From Basidiobolus meristosporus CBS 931.73 (Eukaryota; Fungi; Basidiobolomycota): DNA of 64,000 bases. Numbering within the stretch: position 1 is the first letter of the stretch; each line of letters begins with the position of its first letter. The notes under the pieces were generated by a model. It worked only from the letters and a program-made list of their open reading frames with translations, ran no database searches and was not told the origin of the DNA. The position numbers and the translations under genes are program-made. Positions 39,782-52,337 of this stretch are shown here, in pieces. The DNA lies in the NCBI GenBank assembly GCA_002104905.1, contig MCFE01000139.1, positions 1 through 64,000 on the forward strand, in the 5' to 3' direction.

Positions 39782-40896
39782 CTCCCACTCAACAAATATT
39801 TATGAGTAATAAATATATATTGAAAGTGTACAATCTGTAATAAGCATATAAAGATTTAAATATGTTGCATACCAGACTAGTATACTACAGTATATACATT
39901 TATGCTCAACTTAATTGAAAGAATAACTTGTAGCTCAATGTGCATATCTGCTTGATTGTTTGTCTAAAAATCACAAAAATTTGATCAAAATACTAATCAT
40001 CATCTTTGATTCCTTGCACAGACTTATATAATGTGTTAAGTCTAACTGTCATACTGTAACAATGCTATATAGCCTCTGGGCTATTCAATGCTTCTTATTT
40101 GAGCATAATTGACCCACTTTGGTCATGTTAAGGTTTTGTCATTTACAGCAGATCTGGAGTTTCCTTATTTCCAGCAACAGTCTAATTCATTTAGACAACT
40201 TCACTGTATGTCCATATTAGGCTCAGGGACAGTTACTTCCATCATATAGACTCTATATGAGGTAAAAGAAATGACCTATATTGGGCAAAGCTAAGGTTTT
40301 GTCATTTACACCTGATCCACATTATTTTTGTTTTCAAGGTTAGCTGATCATCTCAGTGTCTTATGAATTTGTATAACCATCTGGCTGATCCTTGCACCTT
40401 TGTCTTTCAGCTCCATAGACAGTAGACATTGAGACTTCTGCGTTAAGTAATCTGCTCTGATATATACTACAATATCTGACAGATCCTGTTGAGGTTTCAT
40501 GGCTCTTCTGGGGTTTCTAGCTTGCAACCTTTGTAGAAGAGGCTCCATGGAGCATATCTGCATTACCATATAGTCCAAATATAGCCCACATAGGCTTTGG
40601 CTTCATTTGTGAAGTACCCTGATTTGAGATTGTAGTACTTTCCTGTTTTTCTTCTTTTTCTTTTTTTGCTGATGACTAAGGGGAAATTCCTTTTGTGGGA
40701 TGATTCTGGAATTCCTTACAGGTGAGACCATGGTGTGCTTGAGCATAGAGGTATTCATGACATCATTGATCTAGAATATTTGACTGTTTGAGAGTAATAT
40801 AATCAATATGGGCATTCACTTGGATCAATTATGACTTTTTATAAAGTTGACCAAATTTGATCAAATAAACTGCATTTGAAAGCTGACTTTGGCTGT

Positions 40897-41700
40897 TGTG
40901 GTAGGGTAAACATACCTCCCACAGACAAGTTTATTCATATAGTCATTATGATATACTTATCCATATTTTATCTTATCAGTATTATCCCATTCTTCTTTTG
41001 CCCATATTATCAGTATTATCCCCATATGATGTTTACTCTGATTAGTTATTAGCATTAGTTATCCCAGATGTTATTCAGCTTTGTGATCAGTAGATGTATC
41101 TATATAAGGCAAGTACCCGCGTCAGTACCCGTGACACATGACCTAGGTCTGTGTTACCATCTCTACCATTTCAATACCATATATGGTATTTCTATGTTGC
41201 ACAGGTTTCAGACTACTGATTCCTGATTGGTTGAGAGTGCTGTGCCTTTTAGAACCTTCCAGGACATTCTTGGCATATTTTTAGCTCATAGTGATGTCAT
41301 CAAGAATTCCACTGATACCTAGAATCTTCTAGAACCTTGTCATTAGTAATCACTTGGCAATCAGGAAAAGTATTTAAGGGAAAGCAATCCCTCATCAATA
41401 AATCATCCCTTCTATCAGTAACACTTCTTCCTTATTGATTAGCAGTTGATCACTGCACCTGCCTTCAACAGTACATCTCAGACCTGCCATCAAGGAGCTT
41501 TTCAGGGTAGTGCACAAGACACACAGAGGCCTTTGGAGACACTTGGAGCACCTAGGAAGCTAGAGAAGCAGGAGCTTTTACCATAGTAACATATTGACAA
41601 AGACACCAGCAGTTTAGACACAGAGGTTATTGCACCCATCAGACACCTCACACACCTTGAGTTGTGTAGCTTCTCCCAGGAGTACCTCTACACCACCACA
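40897..41700 (+). mobile_element. Solo LTR, family C variant (804 bp)
   Basis: TGTGGTAGGG...CACCACCACA. Internal blocks shared with 56583-57653. Flanks CTGT / CCGT, a 4-bp TSD differing by one CpG transition. Confidence 0.8.
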
Positions 41701-42758
41701 CCGTACATTGGTATCAGACTTCAATATATCAGCTTTTTGTGTTGCAGAGCTTGATAGTAACTTGATCAATGACAATTCTTCAGATCTTATTCAGAGAATC
41801 AAATATCATCAACTGATGTCTACCATTGTAATTAGTGAAATATATATAACAGGTATAAAGTACTATGTTATCTTCTGCATGGCTCTTAGCTGTATACTGG
41901 CCAACTGTTGCTTGGTGGTATACTCCAATCAGGTTTACAATCATTTGCTTTACTCTTTTTGGCTGGCAGTAGAATTCCCTTGAGTTGCTTTGCTAAATAT
42001 ATAAACTACTCTCTCCCACTGTTATGAGACTTAAACAGGGTAATAGCATGACTAACAACTCCACAGTCTGCTTCTGGTACATTGGTTTCAGTATCAAAAC
42101 ACTTGATATAATCATAGCGTTCTTCTAATGGAATGTATAGTACATATCTGTACTCCAGGTGGATATATATATATGTACTATATATCAATAGGATGCTAGC
42201 AAATGAGGGGGCTTGTTTCTGAGATCTTCTTCAATTAATATGTAGTCCAAAATGGCGGTTAAAAGCTCCAGTATTTGCATTTGCAGCCTTATTTTGGGCA
42301 GCAACAAACTTGGTGAATTCTCATATGGCAATCATTCAGTAATAATCTCTTTCTTATTGTAATTAAGGATAATATCCTATCCAAAAGCTTATCTAACAGT
42401 CAATTGAGGTCATATGAGTACATATAGCAATATATTTAATTGTATATCCAGACTCTCAATTGCAAAATCATGCAATTTTCTTCATTAGTGGTAGAGCACC
42501 AACACACTACATTTCTTGACATATGTACATGCCAGATTGATAGGCTCTCCAGCATAACTAGTTTGAGTAGTTACTGAATGAGTCTTTTGAAGGCAAGGCC
42601 TTCTTCTCCACAGCACTATCATCATGAGCGTAGTCTTTTTAGCAGCAGTAGTTATCTTTAACTTTAGCAGAGAAATAGTGCAGAAAGTTTTTCAGCAGAC
42701 TAGCAGAAAAGGATCCAAGCCAAAGCAGACACCAAGAGGACAGCAAGCTTGGTGCTCA

Positions 42759-43545
42759 CAGTGCTCTGACTGCCTTGTGGCAGGTGTCTGATGACTGTTC
42801 TCTGGCTTTATAACAGTCCATACTATTTAGGCAGTACTATGCTAGCCAAAATATCTGGCTAAAGGGTATGGTCAAAATTTGACAGGTTTTTGAATGGACT
42901 TGTTTTGTGCAATTGATACACTTTATTCACCTGCAACTTGCAGCTCTCTGGTGCAATACTTGCAAAGTGTCTACATGCCTTCTATTGCTGTCAACATGTG
43001 TATCTTACAAGCATATGCTTGACTGCCACCACTTTGACCATAAATACCTCTTGACTAGCAGCAAAATACTCCTCAGTACTAAACCAATAAATCACAGCTC
43101 CTGACTGAATACTAGTCCCGTTCACAGGTACACTCCCATCCTTTTTTGTACATATTACATACTTAAAAGTGAAAGGATTGACTAACACCTGTCATAATAC
43201 TTTGTGGTGTTGCAATATTCTGAGGAGTATTGGAAGTGATGTGGAGAACTAGAGGACTACCTTGTTCACTTATAGATTAGTTGATCTAAAGTATAATATT
43301 TATTCTTTTGATAAAGAAGAGCAAAAAAACATGTATAGCTTGTTAAGAAAGGTCCCAAGAATATGTGTGCAAAGCTTGGGGGCTTTTGGACAACTTTGAG
43401 AAAGATTATAATCTGGGTACCTGATAATTTGGTAAAAATATTCCAGGTAAGTCCAAACAAGAAATTTGGTCAGGACAGAATGTTATTTAAAGAATAAGAT
43501 ATATGTGACTAAGTTAGCACAAATATTTACCTAATAATTACAACA
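42759..43545 (-). repeat. Copy 2 of the unidentified sequence plus Copia-family LTR unit (LTR 43208-43545)
   Basis: Direct repeat of 38987-39781; TGTTGCAAT...TTACAACA termini; no TSD. Confidence 0.75.
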
Positions 43546-43769
43546 CTTAGGTCAATAAATGTTGCAAAAAGTACAAAATATCCACTCTTTTCAGTACATT
43601 ATATGATCAGCACAGATCATGTATAAATAGTGTAGCCTTGAGTCCTGTCAAGCCCAAATGGTCAACACTAAATCCTTTCCTGCCATGCCTTGCTTGCCTT
43701 CAGCCTTGCATTTATTCATGATAGTGCCCAGCAGATACTGCATGATAAATGATTTGGTCCCACATCTGG

Positions 43770-44180
43770 ATCTAATCCAGATCCGCCACCAGGATCCTGC
43801 AATGAAGCCATCATAATGCCAGCAGCTTGGAATACCTGACCATCCACAATGTTACAATAGGATTGTAAATGTGTCTTGTCAATTTACAGCCAATTATAGT
43901 ATTACTTGCTGGTGTTATACATTTTTTTTGCAAGGCTTGCATAACATTGAGATGGTCTTAATGTAGTCTACATTTATCTGAGCAGACTTAGCTGGCCAAT
44001 ATGTGAAGCTGCCTCATATGATAAAACTCTACTTTTTGGCAGCCTTTATGTAGACCATTGTAGGCAATATCAATGAAGTCTGGTGGTCTACAGCTAGCCC
44101 TGTATAATGCAACAACATCAATTTAAGAAACAATATCACATCTTTTACCTTCCCTTCTGCAATTGATATATTCTACTGTA
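43770..44180. repeat. Old unidentified repeat; its second copy is split by the Gypsy element (about 45020-45159 plus 51083-51370)
   Basis: Shared blocks such as gatcctg...ataatgccagcag...gaccatc...ttacagccaa and ctgtataatgc...caattta. Clearly diverged; boundaries approximate. Confidence 0.55.
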
Positions 44181-44315
44181 GACTATGGCCTCTTTATTTG
44201 CTATCCCACTGATATCACAGTTATTCTACAAATAGCTAGACTCAAAAAAACCACTGCATCCTGCTTACTGATTTTTGCCCATACACACACCTGCTAAGGT
44301 AAACATACTTCTATG

Positions 44316-44662
44316 TGATGCAAAAATTTGTAATTCCACCTGAGTACTCACCTAACTTACTCACCTATATGATTACCTACAAATCTTAGAGAATACTGAC
44401 CAAGTTCCTTGTAGGGATTTACTTAGCATATTTCACTAAGATAGCAGGTACCCAGAACATGAGAAATCTATTTATTGTCCAAACAGCCCCAAACTTTGCA
44501 CACATTCTCTTGTGACCTTCCTAAGCCTATTCTATGTGTTTGCATGCCAAGACCATTTAAAAGTATAAATACTGCTTTTACATTAAGTCAATCATTAAGT
44601 GAAAGCCACTTAGTATACTTGTTCTCCCAATGACTTCCAATAACTCCAATACTCTTACTACG
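44316..44662 (+). mobile_element. Solo Copia-family LTR, inverted relative to the other copies
   Basis: Reverse complement of 52338-52685 with mutated termini. Perfect 5-bp TSD CTATG (44311-44315 / 44663-44667). Confidence 0.85.
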
Positions 44663-45688
44663 CTATGATCTCACCTTTACAGTCTTGTAGTGTGATCATT
44701 GCAGAGCTGCCACCTACCTTGCCCCTATAAGAAATAATTGTTATGCTCCCATCAAAAGGTCATCATAAGATTGAAGTACTGTGACTAAGATTTCACACAG
44801 AACTTAGTCAAAATCTCTCATCACAGCAATACATAAGTGGCTTTTGATTGGTTCTCAGGCAGCTCTCTCACTTTCTAATACCAGATACTCAATCACCATC
44901 TACATTTGTGTACACTGATTGACTATTGCCTCTTTTTCACACTCCTTACTTCCTTGCTCAACCAATTCTTGTACTCTCCATGCAACAAATTAATTTATTC
45001 CCTATGAAAAGTAATTTGGTCTGGCAGGTAGATCCAATCAGATCAGCCATCAAGATCCTGTCAGGAGACTGCAATAATGCCAGCAGATGGGAATTAATGA
45101 CCATCTACGCAATGTTGTGACCAGATCACAGCAGCATATTGATGATTTTACAGCCAAGTTGTTATGAATAGACACAAGGCAGGAGAGTAGAGCTAGGCAA
45201 GGCAGGACCAGGAAAGGACTTAGGTGTGGATCATCAAGGCAAGGCGGATTTCCAAGGCAAGGCTGTTTATTCAAGACCTGTGTTTATCAGACTGAGGAAT
45301 ACTTAAGGGGGGATAGGACTATATATACTTTTTGGCTATATTGATGCCGAGAGATGTTAGCTAATACTAATGGGGTTGTGGGGTGAGGCACAGCAATGGT
45401 GCTGGGGATAATGACATAGATGACACGGTACTGAGACAGGATGGGGAAATGGATTGGGTCACCTGATCATGTGACTAAGTCATGTGACCTGGTATTTCCA
45501 TATATGGTACTGGACTATAAAAAATACAATGGAAAGCTTCCATGGAATGTTCCATTGTGTAACAATGGTTTGGAATGGTCAGGAACTTTCTGGAAGGTGG
45601 TAGAAGGTTCCGGAAGGAATCTCTTAGAAATTGAGCTGGGAAGCTGAAACTTGGCATGGGTGTTCATGGTTGTCATGTGATCATGACA

Positions 45689-48600
45689 CTATTCTCCTCT
45701 TCCAGGCGGAGCTCTGTTTCCCTTTGGGGCAGGTTTTGCAGGATATTGTTGGTGGAACTGGGTAACTAGTTCTTGACAATTAGTGAGATGTGTAGCTGGT
45801 TCCCATGTTTGGTCACTTGGGCCATAACCAATCCAGTCTACTAAGTAGTACAGCTTTGACCGGATATACTTGGAGTCTAGAATCTGTTTAACTTCAAATT
45901 CTTGATGTTGGTCAACCTGGATAGCTTGGGGCTTTGCTTCTTGCCGGTTTGGCAATGTGTTCCTACAATACGGCTCCAGGAGGGACACATGGAAAGTATC
46001 ATGGATTTTCATACTTGCTGGTAACTGTAGCTGATATACTATAGGGCTAAGCTTCTTCTTGATCTTGAAGGGACCAAGTTTCTTGAAATCCAACTTGTCA
46101 CAAGGGCGGTTGGTGCTGATGTTTCTTCTGAGCAACCATACAGAATCTCCTTCATTAAGATCAGGGCTGGGATGCCGTTTTAGATTGGCAAATTTCTTGT
46201 AGCTTTGCTGAGCTAAGGATAGCTCTTCCTTGAGGGTGTTCTGGATGTCCTGGATTGCTTGGGCATGTTCAGCCGCATGTGGGCTCATTGGGTTTGTTGG
46301 AATCTGGATATCAAACTGAGGGTGGAATCCATAGTTTGCATAGAATGGTGTAAAACCGGTTGCACTATGACTTGAGTTGTTGTAGGCAAACTCAGCAACA
46401 GGGAGTAGATCAACCCAATTGTCTTGCTGGTAATTGATATAGCACCGGAGGTATTGCTCCAGAATCTGGTTGATTCTTTCAGTCTGGCCATCAGACTGTG
46501 GATGGAAGGCAGTAGAGAGCTTGACTTGAACACCAAGGTATTGCATGAAGTGTTTCCAAAACTTGGACACAAACTGTGGGCCTCTATCTGACACAATATC
46601 ACTGGGGATACCATGAAGGCGGAAAATATTCTTCAGGACTAAAGCAGCAGTTTCTTTTGCATCAGTGTTCTTACAGCAAGGGATGAAGTGAGCCATCTTG
46701 GTCAGCCGGTCAGCCACTACAAGTATAGCATTGAAGCCGCATGACTCAGGGAGGTCAGTAATGAAGTCCATAGATATAGATCTCCATTGGTGTTCTGGGA
46801 TAGGCAGGGGTTGAAGAAGTCCATAGGGCTGGTGTCTGGCTGGTTTTGCACGGTTGCAAATATCACAAGTCAGAATGTACTCTTTGATAAGAGTTATCAT
46901 TCTAGGCCACCAGAAATCTCTTTTGATAGCATTCAAGGTTTTGGCAGTACCAAAGTGGCCTGCAGCCATTGAATCATGCCGAGACTTAATGATGTCTAGC
47001 TGGATGGCAAGGTCTGGGACATAAAGCTGCTGCTTGTGGTAGATGAGGTTGTTTACCAAATGCAGGTTCTGGATGTTTGGGAACTTGGGAGGGGGCCCAA
47101 CTGGGGATTCCAGATATTTCTTGATGGTGCTGGAAGTCATATCAGAGGCTTGGGATTCTGATATCCTTACTAGGAATGAAGGGATGACAAGACTTGAGGA
47201 CTGGGTGGCAAGAATCTCAAAATGTTTCTTGCTCAGCAATGGGTGTTCCATTTGCCGACAGGCATCATCTCCCTCTTCCAGGGCATATTCCTTTTTTCTG
47301 GACAGGGCATCAGGCTTTCCTTGCTTTGCACCAGGTCTATAGGTGATAGTAAAGTCAAAGCTGGACAGGAAGAGTGACCATCTGGCTTGTCTCCGGTTTA
47401 GTACTTTGGAAGTTGTAAAGTACTCAAGGTTCTTATGGTCACAGAAGACTTTGATTTTGTGTTTTGCACCGTCCAGGTAGTGTCTCCATTGCTCAAAGGC
47501 TACAATGATGGCAAGCAACTCCTTATCATAGATATCGTAGTTGATCTCTGCAGGGGAAAACTTCCGAGAGTAGAATGCAATGGGGTGCAACACATTGTCC
47601 TCATCATACTGGGAGAGTATGGCACCAAGGGCAAAATCAGAAGCATCAGTCTCCACTATGAATTGCTTCTCAAGGTCAGGGTGGGCAAGCAGGGGGGCCT
47701 TCAGGAAAGATTTCTTGAGTTGGTTGAATGAGCTGGATTGCTCCTCATTCCAGGCAAAAGGTGTGTTCTTCTGGGTAAGCTTTGTCAGAGGGGTGACTAT
47801 CTTGGAGTAGTTGGCTATGAACCTGCGATAGAAGTTGGCAAATCCCAGGAAGGATTGTACTTCCTTGACTGAGCTTGGTGTTTTCCAGGATTGGACTGAG
47901 TCAACTTTCTTTGGGTCCATTCTTGTTCCCTCAGGGCTGATGAGATAACCAAGAAATTCCACTTCTCTCTGGTCAAATTCACACTTCTCTAGCTTGGCAT
48001 AGAGACCGGCAGAGTCTAGTTTTCTCAATACTTTCTTGACATGTTCATCATGTTCATCCTGGCTCTTGGAGTATATGAGAATATCATCAAGGTAGATTAC
48101 CACAAAATGGTCAAGGTATTCACGGAATATGTCATTCATGAGGTGTTGAAACACAGCAGGGGCATTGGTGAGGCCAAATGGCATTACTTTGTATTCAAAG
48201 TGGCCATATCTTGTGCGAAAGGCAGTTTTCCATTCATCACCAGGCTTGATTCTGACAAGATTGTAAGCTCCTCTCAAGTCTATCTTGGTGAAGACTTGGG
48301 CAGCAGATAGCTGATCCAACAGTGTGTTGATCAGGGGCAGGGGGTAGCGGTTCTTGACTGTGATCTTATTCAAAGCACGGTAGTCCACACACATTCTGAG
48401 GGTGCCATCCTTCTTCTTGACAAAGAGGATTGGGGCTCCAGCAGGTGATTTGGAGTGCTGAATAAAATCCTTCTGGAGGTTTTCTTGAATATAACCATGG
48501 AGTTCTTTCAACTCCGGCTGGGAGAGGTTATATATTGGGCCAAATGGAGGGACTTTTCCATCTTCAAGGTCAATAGGGCAGTCATAAGGCCGATGGTCAG

Positions 48601-49231
48601 GGAGGAGTTCTGCTTTCTTCTTGTCAAAGACATGGGCAAACTCTTGGTACTTGGCCGGTATAGTTGCTGAGGGGGCTCCTTCAGCTGGCAAGGTATCTTG
48701 GGCTGTTGAACTGTTGGCAACCGTCTTTTCACGGTTATCAGGGTCTGGAGATTTCATGGAGTTGACTTGGTGGGATCTGGTGAATGACAGGATCTTGGAT
48801 TTCCAATCAATACTCGGATTGTGGTAGCTCAACCATGAGCTTCCAAGCACAATAGGATAGTGTGGTGAGTTGATGATGTTGAAGGCAATTCTTTCTTGGT
48901 GGGCAGTACTGGACAGCTGGAGTAAGCATGTTTCATGGGTAACGGCACCAGAGGAGAGTGATCTTCCATCAATAACTTCTACTTGGACTGGACAGGATTT
49001 CAAGGTAACAGGAATAGAGTGCTTCTGGACAAAGGCTTGGTCAATGAAACAGGATGAAGCACCGGAATCAATCAGGGCTAGGGCTGGGACAGGACTGGAG
49101 TCAGGGATCTGGATTTTGACAGGCATTCTCAAGGACTGGATAGATTTTGTGGCAAAGGAAGATTCTTGGATATGCTGGATTTTCATGGGTGGGTCCAGTT
49201 GCAAGCCTGTCAGTGCAACTGGACATTGGAG
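45689..49231 (-). CDS. pol: Gypsy pol (protease-RT-RNase H-integrase-chromodomain), expressed by -1 frameshift from gag
   Basis: [22 protein letters not shown] (H..H...CDIC), SMDFI/SDRG/ERINQ, GPF, and chromodomain FEVKQILD...[17 protein letters not shown]. The frame is open from the slippery site to TAG 45689. Confidence 0.95.
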   Translation of the reverse strand, partial: LQCPVALTGLQLDPPMKIQHIQESSFATKSIQSLRMPVKIQIPDSSPVPALALIDSGASSCFIDQAFVQKHSIPVTLKSCPVQVEVIDGRSLSSGAVTHETCLLQLSSTAHQERIAFNIINSPHYPIVLGSSWLSYHNPSIDWKSKILSFTRSHQVNSMKSPDPDNREKTVANSSTAQDTLPAEGAPSATIPAKYQEFAHVFDKKKAELLPDHRPYDCPIDLEDGKVPPFGPIYNLSQPELKELHGYIQENLQKDFIQHSKSPAGAPILFVKKKDGTLRMCVDYRALNKITVKNRYPLPLINTLLDQLSAAQVFTKIDLRGAYNLVRIKPGDEWKTAFRTRYGHFEYKVMPFGLTNAPAVFQHLMNDIFREYLDHFVVIYLDDILIYSKSQDEHDEHVKKVLRKLDSAGLYAKLEKCEFDQREVEFLGYLISPEGTRMDPKKVDSVQSWKTPSSVKEVQSFLGFANFYRRFIANYSKIVTPLTKLTQKNTPFAWNEEQSSSFNQLKKSFLKAPLLAHPDLEKQFIVETDASDFALGAILSQYDEDNVLHPIAFYSRKFSPAEINYDIYDKELLAIIVAFEQWRHYLDGAKHKIKVFCDHKNLEYFTTSKVLNRRQARWSLFLSSFDFTITYRPGAKQGKPDALSRKKEYALEEGDDACRQMEHPLLSKKHFEILATQSSSLVIPSFLVRISESQASDMTSSTIKKYLESPVGPPPKFPNIQNLHLVNNLIYHKQQLYVPDLAIQLDIIKSRHDSMAAGHFGTAKTLNAIKRDFWWPRMITLIKEYILTCDICNRAKPARHQPYGLLQPLPIPEHQWRSISMDFITDLPESCGFNAILVVADRLTKMAHFIPCCKNTDAKETAALVLKNIFRLHGIPSDIVSDRGPQFVSKFWKHFMQYLGVQVKLSTAFHPQSDGQTERINQILEQYLRCYINYQQDNWVDLLPVAEFAYNNSSHSATGFTPFYANYGFHPQFDIQIPTNPMSPHAAEHAQAIQDIQNTLKEELSLAQQSYKKFANLKRHPSPDLNEGDSVWLLRRNISTNRPCDKLDFKKLGPFKIKKKLSPIVYQLQLPASMKIHDTFHVSLLEPYCRNTLPNRQEAKPQAIQVDQHQEFEVKQILDSKYIRSKLYYLVDWIGYGPSDQTWEPATHLTNCQELVTQFHQQYPAKPAPKGNRAPPGRGE

Positions 49232-49237
49232 TTTCCC
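49117..49237 (-). other. -1 programmed ribosomal frameshift signal
   Basis: G GGA AAC heptamer in the gag frame (49237-49231), a 6-nt spacer and a perfect 11-bp hairpin (49224-49214 / 49203-49193). pol lies in the -1 frame. Confidence 0.85.
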
Positions 49238-50142
49238 GACAGATCTGGATCAGGTTGGTTGCTGGAGGACTGCATCAGCTTGAAGCTGGACTTCTTGTTG
49301 GGGCAGGACTTGGCAAAGTGACCTGGTTGGCCACAGTATAGACAGAGGTTGGCTTGTTGACGTCTGGACTTTTCACTCTTTGATAGTTTCTTGTATTTGG
49401 CACTATCAATCTGCATAGGATCTTCTGGAGTGACTTGGGGAGCAGGAAGGGCTGGGACTGCAACAGGAATGTGTCTTTGACGATTCTTTTGCTTCTTCTG
49501 GAATAGTCTGTTATCACACCGGATTGCCTGGTGCATAGCTTCAACCAATGTATCTGGATCTGGGAGTGTGAGTAGCAGATCACAAACTTCATCATTAAGG
49601 CCATCTTGGAATTGGCTTATCAAGGCTGCTTGACCCCAGGAGCTGAGGTCACTGGAGAGTTGTCGGAATTCTGAGGCATAGACTGATGCTGGTTTGTTCC
49701 CTTGCTTGAGGGTCTTGATCTTGTTGGCAGCAGTTCTGGCTTGGTCAAGGTTACCAAATGTTAGCTCCATTTCAGTGAGAAGGGCTTGGTAGTCTCTGAG
49801 TAGGGGAGAGTTGGTCTCCACCAATGGGGAGAACCACTTGAGAGCTGTACCAGTAAGCAGGTTGGAGATGAAACCAACTTTGGCCTGGTCAGTGGGGTAC
49901 CGGTTGGGCTGGAGTGCAAGATTGTTCTTCACCATGTTGATGAAGCCACGGAATTCATTCTGAGAGCCATTGAACTTGGTAGCAGGAGTATACTTGGGTT
50001 CTTGGTAGACTGGGACATGGCTAGTTTGCTGGGCACTTTGGTTCTGGAACTGAGCAAGAGTGTTTCTGAGGTCTGCATGGTCTTGCTGCAGTTGAGTAAA
50101 GGCAGCCATGAGCTGGGCAAAGTTCAGCTCTAGGTTGGACAT
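49210..50142 (-). CDS. gag: Gypsy gag with CCHC zinc knuckle
   Basis: ATG 50142; retrotransposon gag motifs ([19 protein letters not shown]); knuckle [14 protein letters not shown]. Confidence 0.92.
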   Translation of the reverse strand: MSNLELNFAQLMAAFTQLQQDHADLRNTLAQFQNQSAQQTSHVPVYQEPKYTPATKFNGSQNEFRGFINMVKNNLALQPNRYPTDQAKVGFISNLLTGTALKWFSPLVETNSPLLRDYQALLTEMELTFGNLDQARTAANKIKTLKQGNKPASVYASEFRQLSSDLSSWGQAALISQFQDGLNDEVCDLLLTLPDPDTLVEAMHQAIRCDNRLFQKKQKNRQRHIPVAVPALPAPQVTPEDPMQIDSAKYKKLSKSEKSRRQQANLCLYCGQPGHFAKSCPNKKSSFKLMQSSSNQPDPDLSGNSNVQLH

Positions 50143-50535
50143 GGTAGCAGAGGAAGGCGGATGAACTTGCAAGGAATACTGGAATATACTAAACTAGGTT
50201 GTGGGTTTGTAAAGCCACTAGTATGTCAAGAATACAACTATTGAGCCACAATCCCCAACTTAAATAAGTTAGCGTCACTTCAGAAGGTACTGGTTTCAAC
50301 GTCCTTTGATAGAGTGTTGTACTAAAGCTTCCAATACTATAACAACTGTAAACTCCACCAGCAGGGTAATAAAGTGAATGCAGCTTTGACCAATAGTTTT
50401 ACAAAGATAAAGTATCTTTGCCTTTATAGGACAAGACTAGGGAAAGATGATGGGTGATACTTACGGTGAGTATTCCTTTTACAAGTTTTCTTCAAACTTT
50501 GGGCAGAAGGCAGGGATCCACAGGTAAGTCAGGAG

Positions 50536-50546
50536 AGTCTGATAAA
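50536..50546 (-). promoter_or_regulatory. Self-priming (Tf1/sushi-type) primer-binding site
   Basis: TTTATCAGACT, 2 nt downstream of the 5' LTR, is complementary to AGTCTGATAAA in the LTR (50682-50672). No TGG-initiated tRNA PBS is present. Confidence 0.8.
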
Positions 50547-51473
50547 ACTGTTATGAATAGACACAAGGCAGGAGAGTAGAGCTAGGCAAGGCAGGACCAG
50601 GAAAGGACTTAGGTGTGGATCATCAAGGCAAGGCGGATTTCCAAGGCAAGGCTGTTTATTCAAGACCTGTGTTTATCAGACTGAGGAATACTTAAGGGGG
50701 GATAGGACTATATATACTTTTTGGCTATATTGATGCCGAGAGATGTTAGCTAATACTAATGGGGTTGTGGGGTGAGGCACAGCAATGGTGCTGGGGATAA
50801 TGACATAGATGACACGGTACTGAGACAGGATGGGGAAATGGATTGGGTCACCTGATCATGTGACTAAGTCATGTGACCTGGTATTTCCATATATGGTACT
50901 GGACTATAAAAAATACGATGGAAAGCTTCCATGGAATGTTCCATTGTGTAACAATGGTTTGGAATGGTCAGGAACTTTCTGGAAGGTGGTAGAAGGTTCC
51001 GGAAGGAATCTCTTAGAAATTGAGCTGGGAAGCTGAAACTTGGCATGGGTGTTCATGGTTGTCATGTGATCATGACACAAGTAATGTTGATAAAATATAA
51101 TAGTGTTTGCATAGTGTTTTGCCAAGGGTGCAATGGCATTGTTGCAGTCTTAGTGCCCTTATATCTATTTGAGTAGATCTAACTGGCCAGAACCTCAATT
51201 GCCACATATGATAAGACACTTGATGGTGTTTTGACAGCCTCTTTGCAAGCCTCGCATGGCATTATTATGGCAGTATGGCAGCCTACTGCTAGTTCTGTAT
51301 AATGCTACCATACCAATTTACCAAATTGTATTACATTTTTCTACCTCCCCTCAAGCAATTCATATAGTGTTAGATTTTTGCTCTGATACTATAATATAGG
51401 TGGTAGATTCAGGTTGATGAGAATCAATGGCCAGCAGGATTTGCTGGAAGAGTATTTGTCTAATGAGAATCCA

Positions 51474-51938
51474 TCAAGTGCCAAGGCAAAGGCATGATTG
51501 ATACTGAGTGTGGTACTCTATAGCTTCACAATGTTTGTTGGACCACTTGAGCTTCTTTATATAGGGTAATACTGGAATATATCTGGAGTGTAAGCAATGC
51601 TTTCCCCCAATGGTGGTGGATTCCTGACAAGTTGGACATCTTGCAATGGTGGCATTTTCTGATGTCAATGCCATGCAACTGTTGACACATGCTGATTTCA
51701 GGACAATCTCTGGGTCCTATGTTGCCAGCTGCATAATGATTTTCCATTTATACCATATAAATAGTAAGTTGCATCCTGGGATGATCTTAGCAAGAAGTAG
51801 TGGTAAATCCTCAAAGCTTCCATTACTGATATTAGTGGAAACTTTCCGCTTCTCTAGCCACAACATCACATCATTCACCAGTGGATGGATTACTGGTCTC
51901 ACTTGATGCCATGAAGTATCCTTGGCATCTTTTTCCAT
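51474..51938 (-). pseudogene. Degenerate CACTA/CMC-like transposase fragment
   Basis: Joined minus-strand reading gives ...SACVNSCMALTSENATIARCPTCQE...RYIPVLPYIKKL, resembling the C.NSC....CP.C motif of fungal CACTA transposases. Contains stops. Confidence 0.5.
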
Positions 51939-52337
51939 TGGTGTTGTCTCATTGCATAATGGGATTTTGTTGGGCTAATGCAGAGTACTATTGTTAGGTA
52001 AGATAAGCTCACAATCCATCAGCAAGCCTGCCTCTTCAGAGCTATCACTCTGCATGCAATATTTAGAAGGCTGGAGTGAGCCTAAAGTCATCACAATCTC
52101 TCCTGACTCAGTTTGCTCAATTTGACAAGTACTACCAGATGCCATTATAGAAGTATAAAGTGGCTGGCAAGATAATGTTGGTACAGTAGTGACTGATGAA
52201 TGGTAAAATATGACTTGTGTGGCAAAACACTGGCCATGATCCTTGTAATACTTCCTATGCTGTCTGCATGCATCATGGCTGAGAGGCTTTCTACAATAGC
52301 CACATGGTCTTTTTCTCTTCTCTTACAGCATTGATTC

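Larger units (their letters stand above)
45160..51077 (-). mobile_element. Full-length, apparently intact Ty3/Gypsy chromovirus retrotransposon (5918 bp)
   Basis: 529-bp LTRs at 45160-45688 and 50549-51077 (TG...CA), with one visible difference (45528 A vs 50917 G). Perfect TSD CAAGT (45155-45159 / 51078-51082). PPT GGAAGAGGAGAATAG next to the 3' LTR; open gag and pol. Confidence 0.97.

Noticed and set aside
41709-41719. TGGTATCAGAC, resembling a tRNA-iMet PBS, just after the 804-bp LTR
   Set aside because: It is 8 nt from the LTR end, beyond a good TSD, and no gag follows. It may belong to an older element at the target site but cannot be assigned.
42860-42920. CINCTKQVHSKTC knuckle-like peptide in the duplicated unit
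   Set aside because: Spacing is CX2CX4HX3C rather than canonical, and both copies have stops at the same flanking positions, so the frame is probably not real.
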